Source: Spirochaetales bacterium (GTDB taxonomy: Bacteria > Spirochaetota > Spirochaetia > SZUA-6 > RPPD01). From it: 64,000 nucleotides of DNA. Of the stretch, positions 1 to 9,953 are shown piece after piece. Under the pieces are notes generated by a model, which was not told the origin of the DNA, did not search any database, and saw nothing but the letters and a program-made list of their open reading frames with translations. The stretch lies in NCBI GenBank assembly GCA_016929065.1, contig JAFGJO010000055.1:401-64400 (forward strand). The letters are read 5' to 3'. The position numbers and the translations under genes are program-made. The stretch's first letter is position 1. Each line of letters starts with the position of its first letter.

Positions 1-1
1 A

Positions 2-286
2 GTGCAAAGAGAACCCACTACACCGGGAGAAATACTATTAGAAGAGTTTTTAACCCCACTAGGAATAACGCAAAAACAATTAGCAGTGCATATTGGCTGC
101 GATGTAAAGGTAATTAATCGCATCATCAACGGCAGAACCTCTGTAACAGCCGAGATGGCTTTAAAGTTAGCCAACACTTTTAGTACTACACCTCAATTTT
201 GGCTAAATGCTCAACAGGCAGTAGATATTTATAAAGCATCCCGAAAGATAGAACATCTACCAGAGCCATTTATAAAAGCTAGCTAA
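2..286 (+). CDS. higA: HigA-family XRE helix-turn-helix antitoxin (5' end probably truncated by window edge)
   Basis: Resembles the HigA at 18015-18314 (shared motifs IYPGEIL-EEF, SPDFWLG/TPQFWLN). No partner toxin inside the window. Confidence 0.7.
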   Translation: MQREPTTPGEILLEEFLTPLGITQKQLAVHIGCDVKVINRIINGRTSVTAEMALKLANTFSTTPQFWLNAQQAVDIYKASRKIEHLPEPFIKAS

Positions 287-641
287 ATAGAACAAAACTT
301 TACATATTTACTTATTATCATAAAATGATATAAGGAGAAATTATAAGCAATGAGTTATTGTCAAATGTTGTGGATTGGAATTAGGGGCTGTTTTCTGAAT
401 GTATAAACGATGAATATATTAAGAAAGAATACTTCACTTTGAACAGTTTCTTTTGTAATAAATTTATTATCATCACGATGTTATTTGTGTTTTCTTGTGA
501 TTTTTTATCGGAAAACAGCAATCATTCACGGGTTACTATTCGGCTTGAAAATGGAACAAACGCCAGAGCTGTGGTCGCAAATCCTGACGGTACCGGGGTA
601 ACCGGATTTGAGCAGTACGTTGAGTCCGCGAACTGTTTCGG

Positions 642-761
642 CTGCTTCGGTCAGGATTGACTGTCCAACTTTTCACACTCTCGACTGCTTCGGGTGATTG
701 AATTATCGTCCTGTTATTGATATACTAAATTTTTCCAATTCAGGAAATATTTTCTCCCGGA
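642..761 (+). repeat. Copy 1 of a 120-bp direct repeat (5 mismatches versus copy 2 at 3311-3430)
   Basis: Direct base-by-base comparison of the two stretches. Contains an internal 'ctgcttcgg' direct repeat. Confidence 0.9.
698..726 (+). promoter_or_regulatory. Sigma70-like promoter inside repeat copy 1
   Basis: -35 TTGAAT (698-703), 17-nt spacer, extended -10 TGaTATACT (718-726). Would read into the 1257 gene through a ~500-nt leader. Confidence 0.4.
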
Positions 762-833
762 CCATCCCGCACCCTGCACCCTCCGGACACACACGCTCGA
801 ACCGGTGCTGACACAAGCGGCTGCACGCCTTGA

Positions 834-1133
834 TCATATTCCTGTATAGGTATACTCCCCGGAATAACGAAAACTGCAGTCAACGCCGTTAACAATGAAC
901 TCGCCTTCGATCCCAACTGATTCTCCGGGGACAGAAGAAATAGTGACACTGAGTGTGGCGCTGTCTTGAGGCACAATTGCGTCTTGACCAAGCGGAAAAT
1001 TCCACAATATTCTGAAAAATCCTGAATCGGCGACAGCTGTCCATGTACCCACGGGTACTTGATTAAAAGTTTGTGTTGGATCCCCCTGGCTGTCGAACAT
1101 GAGTTCAACGTAATATCCAGTACCTGTTTCCAT
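834..1133 (-). CDS. Hypothetical 99-aa protein
   Basis: ORF only. No convincing RBS. Lies between repeat copy 1 and the start of the 1257 gene. Confidence 0.2.
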   Translation of the reverse strand: METGTGYYVELMFDSQGDPTQTFNQVPVGTWTAVADSGFFRILWNFPLGQDAIVPQDSATLSVTISSVPGESVGIEGEFIVNGVDCSFRYSGEYTYTGI

Positions 1134-1256
1134 GGGTAACGGTCATAATCAAATATCAATTTTCTGATTGCATAATGGACGGTTTTCAACATAATTGACG
1201 GTGCGGAACATGTTTTTAACATTCTGTCAGTTCCGGTAAGCAAAAAGGAGGAAAAT

Positions 1257-3173
1257 ATGATAAAAGTTCGTTTGCAGGGAGGAGCTCTCTTTGGTTTGTT
1301 TTTCACAATACTCATGATTGTCCCCGGCGTACTGGCATCAGGTCAGCTCAGTGTGGTGACCAGTGACAGAACTCAGGTAAAAGACAAGGACACGATCACC
1401 CCGATTGGTTTTCAGGGGATCCTGCTTATTTCCAGTCCTGAGTACCGTGTCATCACAGTGAAGAACGAGGGCACAGCGGTTGTAATCAATAAAATATCCA
1501 TTGAAGGCGATCCAGATTTTACTGTCAACACCGCGGATTCGGGGCTTAATCTCTGGGAGAAAAAACCGCTTGCGGCAGATAACGTTCTGCTGGACACCGG
1601 CAAGTCATTCGACTTTCATCTGGATTTTTGTCCGGTTTCGGGCGGCGACAGATCGGCCGTCATTACTATCGCGTATGATTCGGGAAAAACCTTTATGTTC
1701 ACCGTCAAGGGCAGGGGCCGGCCGGAATCAATCAAGGGGTTCACGCACGGCTCTGAAATCATGGACAAGATATGGGGCGGATACAATAAAAACCAGGACG
1801 AGCGGCCGGCTGGCATGGTCGCGGATAGCTCGGGAAACATATATTTTTCCGGGAATGGAAAATACATTTCCTCGGACACCTTTTATTACGACATTTTCGT
1901 CGGAAAAATCAACGCGGATCAGACACTGGGCTGGCAGATGGTCTATCATTCCAAATTTAATGACCGGTTTCCTGATCCAAGCCAGAATGACGAGTCCGGC
2001 GGAAGTGCGAACACGATCTGTATGGATGAAAAGGGTTTTCTCTATATTGCGGCAAGTGTGGGAAACAATTCCAACAATTCGTATCTGGCTATGGTGATGA
2101 AGATCAATCCGAAGGACGGGAAAGAGGTATGGAGAAAATACTGGGTTTCCAATACCACACGTCTGAAGTACACGGATTCATCGGAAGTGTATGCTCTTGC
2201 GGTGTCTGACAACATGGTTTTCATTACCGGGGAAGGATTTGATTATGATACGTCAACCCAGGGTATCTTTGTCACTGCCCTTTCTGCCGAGGACGGCAGT
2301 CAGAAATGGAGCCGTATTATCAATCCCAACAGCAATAAGTACAAAGACAAAGGGTATGCGATCAAGGCGGACGGGAAGGGAAATCTCTTTGTCGCCGGCT
2401 GGCAGGGGGAAAGCACCGGTTCGCCATTTCTGTGCAAGCTTGCCGACATTACCTCAAAGCCGAACCTGAGTTGGGCGGTCAATTTCAGTATGGGCACTGG
2501 CTGTAATTTCAATGCCATCGATATCGACGAGTCGGGCAATGTGTATCTCTCCGCGGACAGGCGCGGCGCTGCGACCTTTTTCTCGATTATAAAAGTCAGC
2601 GCTGATGGAAAACAGATAACGGGCAAGACATTTCCCGGAACTTCCGGTGGGAACAACAACGCAAAAATAGTCCGGGTAGCCGGCGATTCGGTATATGTAG
2701 GCGGCAGGATCGGTTTTTCAGGGCTCGACACGGGCCGTGGCGACGGCATGCTCCTGAAACTGAAGAACAGTGATTTGAGTCTCCAGTGGGCAGCGCTGTA
2801 TTTTACCGGGACAGGGCCGAAAGAGGTATGTTCTCATCATTTGAAGGGGATTGAGGTCGTAAACAATGAACTCTATCTCTACGGTGAAGTGTATACGGGA
2901 AACAGCAATAATTTCCGGTATTATGGTTACTGGTTTGATCTCCCCGGAGCACTGGAAGATTACGCACCGCAGAATACGGACGTCACCTCCAAAACTGTTT
3001 TTGCTCCGCTTGCAAAGTCAGGACTGGTAGACGGCACCACCAATGGAGGGATATACGAGCCGATCAGTTTGTCTGCCAACATTGAATTTCAGGATGCGAA
3101 TGCCAAAAACGAAAAAACCCACGGCAGTCAGGTGGATGGAGATGTCTTTTTTATGAAACTGAAGCTGAAATAA
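1257..3173 (+). CDS. Secreted beta-propeller repeat protein (SBBP-like repeats)
   Basis: RBS aaaaGGAGGaaaat before the ATG. N-terminal signal peptide. Recurring blade motifs GNIYFSG, GFLYIAASVG, MVFITGEG, GNLFVAGW, GNVYLSAD, SVYVGGRIGF, NELYLYGEV. Confidence 0.7.
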   Translation: MIKVRLQGGALFGLFFTILMIVPGVLASGQLSVVTSDRTQVKDKDTITPIGFQGILLISSPEYRVITVKNEGTAVVINKISIEGDPDFTVNTADSGLNLWEKKPLAADNVLLDTGKSFDFHLDFCPVSGGDRSAVITIAYDSGKTFMFTVKGRGRPESIKGFTHGSEIMDKIWGGYNKNQDERPAGMVADSSGNIYFSGNGKYISSDTFYYDIFVGKINADQTLGWQMVYHSKFNDRFPDPSQNDESGGSANTICMDEKGFLYIAASVGNNSNNSYLAMVMKINPKDGKEVWRKYWVSNTTRLKYTDSSEVYALAVSDNMVFITGEGFDYDTSTQGIFVTALSAEDGSQKWSRIINPNSNKYKDKGYAIKADGKGNLFVAGWQGESTGSPFLCKLADITSKPNLSWAVNFSMGTGCNFNAIDIDESGNVYLSADRRGAATFFSIIKVSADGKQITGKTFPGTSGGNNNAKIVRVAGDSVYVGGRIGFSGLDTGRGDGMLLKLKNSDLSLQWAALYFTGTGPKEVCSHHLKGIEVVNNELYLYGEVYTGNSNNFRYYGYWFDLPGALEDYAPQNTDVTSKTVFAPLAKSGLVDGTTNGGIYEPISLSANIEFQDANAKNEKTHGSQVDGDVFFMKLKLK

Positions 3174-3193
3174 TTTGTATGGCACTGCCAATT

Positions 3194-3226
3194 AAACCGC
3201 CTTTGACATCAAGGGCGGTTTTTTAT
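3194..3226 (+). terminator. Rho-independent terminator after the beta-propeller gene
   Basis: accgccttt-gacatc-aagggcggt stem-loop followed by a T-run. Confidence 0.6.
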
Positions 3227-3310
3227 ATGTATTGCAGATTCAGGTTTACAGGACATTCACCAAATGACTGTATTATGTCAGGTTGCGCGTGCATGATAGC
3301 GAGGTCGCGG

Positions 3311-3430
3311 CTGCATCGGTCAGGATTGACTGTCCAACTTTTTACACTCTCGACTGCTTCGGGCGATTGAATTATCGTCCAGTTATTGATATACTAACTT
3401 TTTCCAATTCAGGAAATATTTTCTCCCGGA
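3311..3430 (+). repeat. Copy 2 of the 120-bp direct repeat, ending 6 nt before the start of the 3437 gene
   Basis: About 96% identical to 642-761. Followed directly by GGAGG and ATG. Confidence 0.9.
3367..3395 (+). promoter_or_regulatory. Sigma70-like promoter inside repeat copy 2, driving the 3437 gene
   Basis: -35 TTGAAT, 17-nt spacer, TGaTATACT. Predicted leader about 35 nt. Confidence 0.45.
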
Positions 3431-3436
3431 GGAACA

Positions 3437-3940
3437 ATGAGTCTGCTCGATAATAATACGATTGAAATAAAGGATTATTCCCACAGGGAAGGCTGGCTGG
3501 TGGTGTTGATCTTCTTTCTTGTCGTGCTGCATCCGTTTGCACATCTGTATGTAATATGGGGCCGCTTTGAAAGCCTTCCCCGGGTTTTTTCACAATTCAG
3601 TACAGAACCTCTTAATATTTTATTGTATATAGGAATCCTTGTTATTGTGGCGGGTACCATTATCCTCTCGGTTGTTTCCGGGATCTTGTTATGGAAAAAA
3701 AAGCGGCTGGGTGTGTTGCTGACAAAAATCTTTCTTGTCATCAGTGTTGCAGTGGGGTTGACGAATGTTCCCGATTTTCTGGCAAATGCTCAGTCAATCG
3801 AGTTTATGACCGCAGTGCAGTATCTGATCCGGCTGGGAGTGAATGCAGTGGTCGTTCCCGTGGCATGGTTTTTATATCTTTTGTTTTCGAAACGGGTAAA
3901 GACCATCTATTTCAATAACAGCGAATCAAACTCAAAATAA
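3437..3940 (+). CDS. Hypothetical integral membrane protein (about 4 TM)
   Basis: Strong RBS. Hydrophobic helices. Confidence 0.6.
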   Translation: MSLLDNNTIEIKDYSHREGWLVVLIFFLVVLHPFAHLYVIWGRFESLPRVFSQFSTEPLNILLYIGILVIVAGTIILSVVSGILLWKKKRLGVLLTKIFLVISVAVGLTNVPDFLANAQSIEFMTAVQYLIRLGVNAVVVPVAWFLYLLFSKRVKTIYFNNSESNSK

Positions 3941-3950
3941 GGAATTTTTT

Positions 3951-4712
3951 ATGCGGGAATTTGAAAAGCCATACAGTTTTCTCCGCTCAATCGGAATTTA
4001 TTTTATCATTGTCTTCCGGCAGCTGCCGGTATTTTTACTGAGTTTTTTCATGTTTGTTATTATTCCATCCGGATTGCTGTATGCGGCATTTTATTTTTTC
4101 CCCGAACTGTTTCGGGACCGATATCTGGTGCTTGCCGGAGTCCAGGCACTGCTGGTATTTTTCTTTTTTGAATTCAGCGGCATGTGCAGGGAGAGCATTG
4201 ATGGCAAATCGTACAGGATTTTTTCCGGATTCGGAAAAAATATTTTTTCGGTATTGTCTGCCGCGGTCATTACCTTCGCGTTCAGCGTGACGATTCAGGC
4301 CCTGAGTGAAATTCTTGCTGCATTGATGCCGAATTTTGAATTCTCGGACATGATCATTATCATCATCACCAAACTGTTTTTTCTTGTGCTGCCGGCCGCA
4401 GTGTATGCAATTTCCCGGAAGAATGATTTAAAGAGTTCTTTCGGGATTGCGGTGAAATTCCTGCGTGAGAATCTGGGAAAAGTAATGCTTCTTGGAGTGG
4501 TAATTCTTATTTTGTCGGTTTTTGGGGCGGGTGTTATTGTCGGTGTGCTGCGCCTTCAATTGCCGGATATCGGCGACAACACCAGACTGATTCTTATATT
4601 TTTAATCGGCCACTTTTTCACTGCTTTTTTGCATCCGGTGATGGCTGTCACGTTTGTAAAAGTATCCCAATATGAAGATATTGAATTAAAAGACCCGCTG
4701 ATAAAAGAATAA
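3951..4712 (+). CDS. Hypothetical polytopic membrane protein
   Basis: Several hydrophobic segments. Starts 10 bp after the previous gene. Confidence 0.6.
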   Translation: MREFEKPYSFLRSIGIYFIIVFRQLPVFLLSFFMFVIIPSGLLYAAFYFFPELFRDRYLVLAGVQALLVFFFFEFSGMCRESIDGKSYRIFSGFGKNIFSVLSAAVITFAFSVTIQALSEILAALMPNFEFSDMIIIIITKLFFLVLPAAVYAISRKNDLKSSFGIAVKFLRENLGKVMLLGVVILILSVFGAGVIVGVLRLQLPDIGDNTRLILIFLIGHFFTAFLHPVMAVTFVKVSQYEDIELKDPLIKE

Positions 4713-4897
4713 CATCAATAGATCAACCCGCCGATGTTCGGGGCTGCGAATGTGTATCATATATCATACATGCCATTTTATGAGTTACAGCATTGAAACA
4801 GCTTCCGGGAGTCAATATTTATATCCGGTTTGCGATTGAAATTCTATGAAAAGACCGGTACATTAATTACCTGAAGATTATTGAACAGGAGTTTGTC

Positions 4898-5479
4898 ATG
4901 AAAAAAATGGTATTTTCGATATTGTTGCTTTTTATTTTTGCTGGCACATGTTCTTTCGTGTTTGCAGAAGAAGTTAATCCCAGGGTATTTCTGGATATCG
5001 CCATTAATGGAAAGGCGGCCGGCCGGATTGTTATCGAACTGCGTGCCGATGTTGTCCCTAAAACAGCGGAAAACTTCCGGGCATTATGTACCGGGGAAAA
5101 AGGGTATGGCTACAAGGGGAGTGTTCTTCACCGTATAATTCCGGGTTTTATGGCGCAGGGCGGTGATTTTACAGCCGGGAACGGCACGGGCGGAAAGTCC
5201 ATTTACGGGCCGACTTTTAATGACGAGAACTTCCAGCTTGAGCATTCCAGGAGAGGTGTATTGTCAATGGCAAACCGGGGCCGCAATACAAACGGTTCCC
5301 AGTTTTTTATTACCTTTGCGCCGACAAAATGGCTGAATTTCAAACATGTTGTTTTTGGTTATGTTGTAGAAGGTTTTGATGTGCTCGACAAACTCGAAGC
5401 CCTGGGAACGAATTCCGGAACCCCGACTGCGAAGGCAGTGATTACCAACTGCGGTGAGCTGAAACCGGTGAAAAAATAA
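4898..5479 (+). CDS. Secreted cyclophilin-type peptidyl-prolyl cis-trans isomerase
   Basis: Signal peptide. Motifs [15 protein letters not shown] and [17 protein letters not shown]. Confidence 0.9.
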   Translation: MKKMVFSILLLFIFAGTCSFVFAEEVNPRVFLDIAINGKAAGRIVIELRADVVPKTAENFRALCTGEKGYGYKGSVLHRIIPGFMAQGGDFTAGNGTGGKSIYGPTFNDENFQLEHSRRGVLSMANRGRNTNGSQFFITFAPTKWLNFKHVVFGYVVEGFDVLDKLEALGTNSGTPTAKAVITNCGELKPVKK

Positions 5480-5521
5480 CAGTTAAATAAAATGAATGCC
5501 TGATACCTCAAAAAAGGGATT

Positions 5522-5950
5522 ATGGCTGTAAAACAACAGGAAGAACAGTCTATGAAAATAAAGTTTGATTTAATCGGTATTTTTGTAGGTGACATTCATA
5601 AAATGGTTTCTTTTTACAGGGATATCATCGGTATTGCCACTGACTGGAAGGATGACCCTCCCTATGCTGAGTTTCAACATGACGGAATCCGGTTTGCGAT
5701 GTATGAGCGCAGGGAGCTGCCGAAATTGCTGGGGCAGATGCCGGAATATCCTGAAAAACTGAACGGGACGTTTGAGCTCGCCATAAATGTGGGTGAACCC
5801 GAAAACGTAGATGTGTATTTCAATAAATATGTTGATGCAGGAGCCGTGCCGGTGTACGAGCCGCGAAACGAGCCATGGAAAATGCGGTCTGCCATGATCG
5901 CAGATCCCGAAGGGAATTTAATCGAAATTGGATCGGACTTTTGGGAGTAG
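5522..5950 (+). CDS. VOC/glyoxalase-bleomycin-resistance family protein
   Basis: Size and pattern typical of small VOC proteins. Confidence 0.65.
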   Translation: MAVKQQEEQSMKIKFDLIGIFVGDIHKMVSFYRDIIGIATDWKDDPPYAEFQHDGIRFAMYERRELPKLLGQMPEYPEKLNGTFELAINVGEPENVDVYFNKYVDAGAVPVYEPRNEPWKMRSAMIADPEGNLIEIGSDFWE

Positions 5951-5986
5951 TACCAGTGAAAGTTTTCCCTGATGGCAGGTAATCTG

Positions 5987-8428
5987 TTATCCTGACGGCA
6001 GGGTAACAATCAGTTTTGTTCCTTTATTTAACTCACTTTCGATTGTTATTGATCCATTGTGGTGCTCTACGATTCGTTTACAGATTGCAAGCCCGATCCC
6101 CGAACCTTCATACTGTGTACGGGTATGCAGCCGTTGAAACACTCCAAAAATACGGTCATGGTATTGTGCATCAATTCCAATGCCATTGTCTTCAAATATA
6201 ATAGCATGTGAATTCTTCGTCCGCGGCCCCAATGATATCGTTATTTGTGGTTGAATGTTTTCCTGGTGAAATTTCAAGGAATTGGAAAGAATATTCTGAA
6301 AAAGCTGGAACATCTGGATTGGTTCTGCCTTGATGACGGGCAGTTTTTCAACGGTGATTTTCGCGTTTGATTCCTTGATAACAAGATCCAGTACCGAGAG
6401 CACCTCCCTGACAATTAATGAAAGATCGACAGTTTTAAGGTCCTCCGCAGTAACTTTAACCCGCGAATAGGCAAGAAGGTCGCGGATCATTTCACGCATT
6501 AAATCGGTCGCGTTGATGATTTTTGAATAATATCCCTTTGAGATATCCGTCTGTTCCCGCGCGATAAGCTCGCTGAATACGGAAATCTTTCGAAGCGGTT
6601 CCTGCAGATCATGCGCAACGATATAGGCAAATTGTTCAAGTTCCCTGTTCGACCGGGCGAGTTCCTGTTTTTGAAGTTCAAGAGTCCTTTCAGATTGAAT
6701 TTGTTTTTCTAGAATCATGGTTCCCCAGATAATACTGCTTAGCTGCATTCTCAATAGCACATACACTGATGTCTCTTTCGGGCCTGCTTCAAATACAGCG
6801 TAGCCTATCTGGTTTTCCTTGTAGTAGAGCGGTTCTGTGACAAGTGTCATGGGTGCGCCGGCTGGCAAGTATTCCTTCGGAATCAGATGTTCGGCGGAAA
6901 AAAAGATTTCCTGATCACCCGAAAAAACAAATTTTCGTTCCCCCCGGGTGTACGCAAGAATGAGCCGTGCTTCATTATATACCGGGGCATTTTTCTGATT
7001 GTACAGACAAAGATAGAAGGATGGAATATCAAATGATGGTAATTCACGGGCAAGGATATCCGCCAGTTCCTCTATATTGAAAATGGTTGTCCAGGAATGG
7101 CCTGTGTGAATCAGCGTTTCGGTATATTTGTGCAGTTCCAGCCACTTTTTTGTTTCCTCTTTTGCTTCAAATTCCTTGATAAGAACAAGTGCATGCTGCA
7201 GAATATGCAGGCAACGGGTGATTTGCGAGGCACTTAAATTCCACTCGGGCCGTGGCCTGCATATTCTCACAATTTCATCCAATCTGAGTGCGCTGATTCC
7301 TGTTTTTCCCGTTTTTTCCAAAAAAGAACCAAGTGTTACATGAAATTGGCCGTGGCTGGCTTCTGAAAAATCAGCAATAAAACTGGTCGCCAGAACGCGG
7401 TCCCATTGTTCTGTGTCGTTTACAATTCCTTTTGGCAACAGTCTGGAAATCCCGTTTATCAGCTCCTGGGCGAGTGCAGGGTAATCCGGAATTATCGTGG
7501 TATGCGCATCCGGAGATTCCGGAGTTGGGGAGATGGACAGGTTTTCCAAAACATTTTTACAGCCGCATGACTGCCGGTATATCGGTTTACAGGGTATGGT
7601 TGTTATTTCCGGAATGATTTTTCCCGATAATTTGTCAAGCAGTAGCTTTGCTGCAATTTGCCCGCGTTCATACAGCATGATCGGGGCGGTGGTGAGTGAC
7701 GGTGTGTTTGCCCTGCATTCGGGGCGTTCATCGAACGCAATGACACTTACATCCCCGGGGATGTTGATTCTACGTTTTTCCAGCTCCAAAAGGGCTCCAA
7801 TAATAAATTTAAGGCTGGCTCCCGCAACCGCATCAAACGCGATTCGGTGTTCATCACAAATCTTCCTGATTGTTTCGACACCATGTTCCGGGGCCCAGTC
7901 GCGGTTTTCCGAGACAAGCAGGGGGTCATAGGGTATCCTGTTTTTGTCCAACGCGTCCTTATACGCCCGGAACCGTTCCGAACTGTCGAAATGGTTCCGG
8001 GGGCCCTGTATGAAAACTATTTTCTTTCGGCCATGCACATTAATCAGATGGTCAATCATTTCATACATGCCGCTATAGCTGTCCGCGAGCACGCTTGGAA
8101 TATTCGCTATCGGAGTCCCAATCGAAACAACGGGCATGACAGCGGAATATTTTTCGCAAAATGACTGTAATTCATCGGGTGTGACAAAACAGCCGATTAC
8201 CGAGGCCCAGATTATCAGTGCATCGATATTCGATTTTCCGATAAAATTGTACAGAATGTTGCCCTGTATGTTATATTCGTTTTGATCCCTGAGGCGACCA
8301 CCGTTAAAATGGATTAAATTGAAATTCTGTTCCACAGAATAGTCGGTGAGCCCATGAAACAGGTCATGATCGTTTGAATCGGTCAAATCATATGCAAGAA
8401 GGCCAATGGTGTATCGGGTTTTTTTCAC
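5987..8428 (-). CDS. Sensor histidine kinase with N-terminal periplasmic-binding-protein (LacI/sugar-binding-like) domain
   Basis: N-terminal PBP-like fold motifs. C-terminal HisKA (AHDLQEPLRKI) and HATPase_c (GSGIGLAICKRIVEHHNG). Confidence 0.8.
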   Translation of the reverse strand: MKKTRYTIGLLAYDLTDSNDHDLFHGLTDYSVEQNFNLIHFNGGRLRDQNEYNIQGNILYNFIGKSNIDALIIWASVIGCFVTPDELQSFCEKYSAVMPVVSIGTPIANIPSVLADSYSGMYEMIDHLINVHGRKKIVFIQGPRNHFDSSERFRAYKDALDKNRIPYDPLLVSENRDWAPEHGVETIRKICDEHRIAFDAVAGASLKFIIGALLELEKRRINIPGDVSVIAFDERPECRANTPSLTTAPIMLYERGQIAAKLLLDKLSGKIIPEITTIPCKPIYRQSCGCKNVLENLSISPTPESPDAHTTIIPDYPALAQELINGISRLLPKGIVNDTEQWDRVLATSFIADFSEASHGQFHVTLGSFLEKTGKTGISALRLDEIVRICRPRPEWNLSASQITRCLHILQHALVLIKEFEAKEETKKWLELHKYTETLIHTGHSWTTIFNIEELADILARELPSFDIPSFYLCLYNQKNAPVYNEARLILAYTRGERKFVFSGDQEIFFSAEHLIPKEYLPAGAPMTLVTEPLYYKENQIGYAVFEAGPKETSVYVLLRMQLSSIIWGTMILEKQIQSERTLELQKQELARSNRELEQFAYIVAHDLQEPLRKISVFSELIAREQTDISKGYYSKIINATDLMREMIRDLLAYSRVKVTAEDLKTVDLSLIVREVLSVLDLVIKESNAKITVEKLPVIKAEPIQMFQLFQNILSNSLKFHQENIQPQITISLGPRTKNSHAIIFEDNGIGIDAQYHDRIFGVFQRLHTRTQYEGSGIGLAICKRIVEHHNGSITIESELNKGTKLIVTLPSG

Positions 8429-8511
8429 GTTATTCCTCTTTCCATAGTATAGAAGAGAGATTGTGCGGATTCAAACGAAAAACAGGATATGTTTAAAATA
8501 AACAGGGTAAT

Positions 8512-8540
8512 AAAAAACCCGGCTGTTGCCGGGCTTTTTA
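8512..8540. terminator. Bidirectional hairpin terminator
   Basis: aaaaaacccggc-tgtt-gccgggcttttt, perfect 6-bp GC stem flanked by A-run and T-run. Confidence 0.6.
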
Positions 8541-8589
8541 AAGAATTATCAATCAGCCTTAAAAAGAAGTTTCTTCAAGGGTATGTCAA

Positions 8590-9882
8590 TCAGGTTTCAT
8601 CCCATCCAGCAAGCCGTGCCCAGAGCCACCAGGCAGCATATGCTTTCATGTTTGCGTTGACCGAAACAGAATGTGCTGCCCCGCAATCATACCAGTCTGT
8701 GCCCTCTGTATGAGCATCCTGCCAGTCATACGCCCAGTTGGCATCGTTGTCAAGCGGGGTTGTTTCATCAGTGTATTCGGGTGTCCCGTCACCGTCGGCG
8801 TCATAGATACAACCGTCAGTGGGGTAGTGGTCGCCGTAGAAGGTGCCGTCGGGGTCATATGTCTCGATATCGGCAAAATCGAAGAGCCATTTATTGTTGT
8901 CGGTGCAGTACTGCCGGATCTGCTCATTGCGCAGATGCAAATTGCCTTCAGTTCCGGTCCCGTTAAGGTGCCCGGTCATATAAATAAAGGTGACATCCGG
9001 ATAATCCTCTTCCAGCTGCTCCATCAGGGAGAGGTAATTACTGATCATGGTTTCCTCTGACTGAGAGGATACCTGACCGCACCAGGACCACATAATCACA
9101 TTTATTTCGGCATTGGCGGGATTGTCCAGATATTCCCGTGTTTCCAGGTACCAGTTCTGCTGATGCCCGTTTGTTTCCCAGTCCGAAGCCAGATAGCCTG
9201 CATCGTGGTCCAGATCTCCGTCACCGTAACCGTCGCCTTCACGAAGATCGAGCGCTTCTCCACCACCGCCGCGATTCCAGTTGAATAATCCGGGAGTTCC
9301 TGTATATTGACTTTCACACCCGGTACCGTCGGCAAACCCGACAAGACCGGTCATGCCGTCCGTGAGCTGACTGCCGTGGGAAGTATGTCCATACCCGATA
9401 TGAAGCGCTGCTTTCGCAGCGAGGATTGCAGGGATCTCAAGATTTCCCTGACGTACCCAGTTAATCACTGAATGATCGGCAACCAGAGTGCCGGTTGCAG
9501 CAGCGGGCTCTGAGAGCGTGGTCACATTGCCGCCTGTTGATTCAGCTGAATCGCCTGCCGAATTGACCGCCCGGACCCGGTAATAATATGTGGAATTTTC
9601 TGACAATGTTCCGCGGTCGATAAATGAGGTTGTATTCGCAGCAGTGGTTATTTCAATAACGCTGGTGTACAGAGCATCTTCGCTCCGCGAAATGATAAAT
9701 GATTCCTCATCTGCTGAATTGTCCTGCCAGCTGACAAGTACACTGCACCATGAAATTGCGTCAAGGGCGACACTGCCCGGGGCCTGAGGTGGAGTTGCCG
9801 GCTGTTGCGCAGCCAGTCCGCAGGATACGGCCAGGATTAGTGAAACAACAATACAGATCATGTTTGCATTTTTCATAATCAT
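8590..9882 (-). CDS. Secreted lipoprotein with fibronectin type III domain and Asp/Gly-rich C-terminal domain
   Basis: Signal peptide with lipobox-like AVSCG. FN3 signature (W..Y.YRVRAVNSAGDS). Confidence 0.6.
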   Translation of the reverse strand: MIMKNANMICIVVSLILAVSCGLAAQQPATPPQAPGSVALDAISWCSVLVSWQDNSADEESFIISRSEDALYTSVIEITTAANTTSFIDRGTLSENSTYYYRVRAVNSAGDSAESTGGNVTTLSEPAAATGTLVADHSVINWVRQGNLEIPAILAAKAALHIGYGHTSHGSQLTDGMTGLVGFADGTGCESQYTGTPGLFNWNRGGGGEALDLREGDGYGDGDLDHDAGYLASDWETNGHQQNWYLETREYLDNPANAEINVIMWSWCGQVSSQSEETMISNYLSLMEQLEEDYPDVTFIYMTGHLNGTGTEGNLHLRNEQIRQYCTDNNKWLFDFADIETYDPDGTFYGDHYPTDGCIYDADGDGTPEYTDETTPLDNDANWAYDWQDAHTEGTDWYDCGAAHSVSVNANMKAYAAWWLWARLAGWDET

Positions 9883-9953
9883 TCCTTTTTTATCATTTTC
9901 TATTCTATATTAGCTATTTCCGCTTTGTACGACATATACCTTTTGGCATGTTT

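Noticed and set aside
439-660. 73-aa ORF upstream of repeat copy 1
   Set aside because: No RBS, low-complexity sequence, and the 3' end runs into the repeat. Likely non-coding.
740-1315. 191-aa minus-strand ORF
   Set aside because: Overlaps both the direct repeat and the start and RBS of the well-supported 1257 gene. Looks like a shadow ORF.
1412-2749. Several nested ORFs (1412-1603, 1501-2097, 1616-1879, 2300-2749 and others) inside the beta-propeller gene
   Set aside because: Antisense or out-of-frame shadows of a gene with clear repeat structure.
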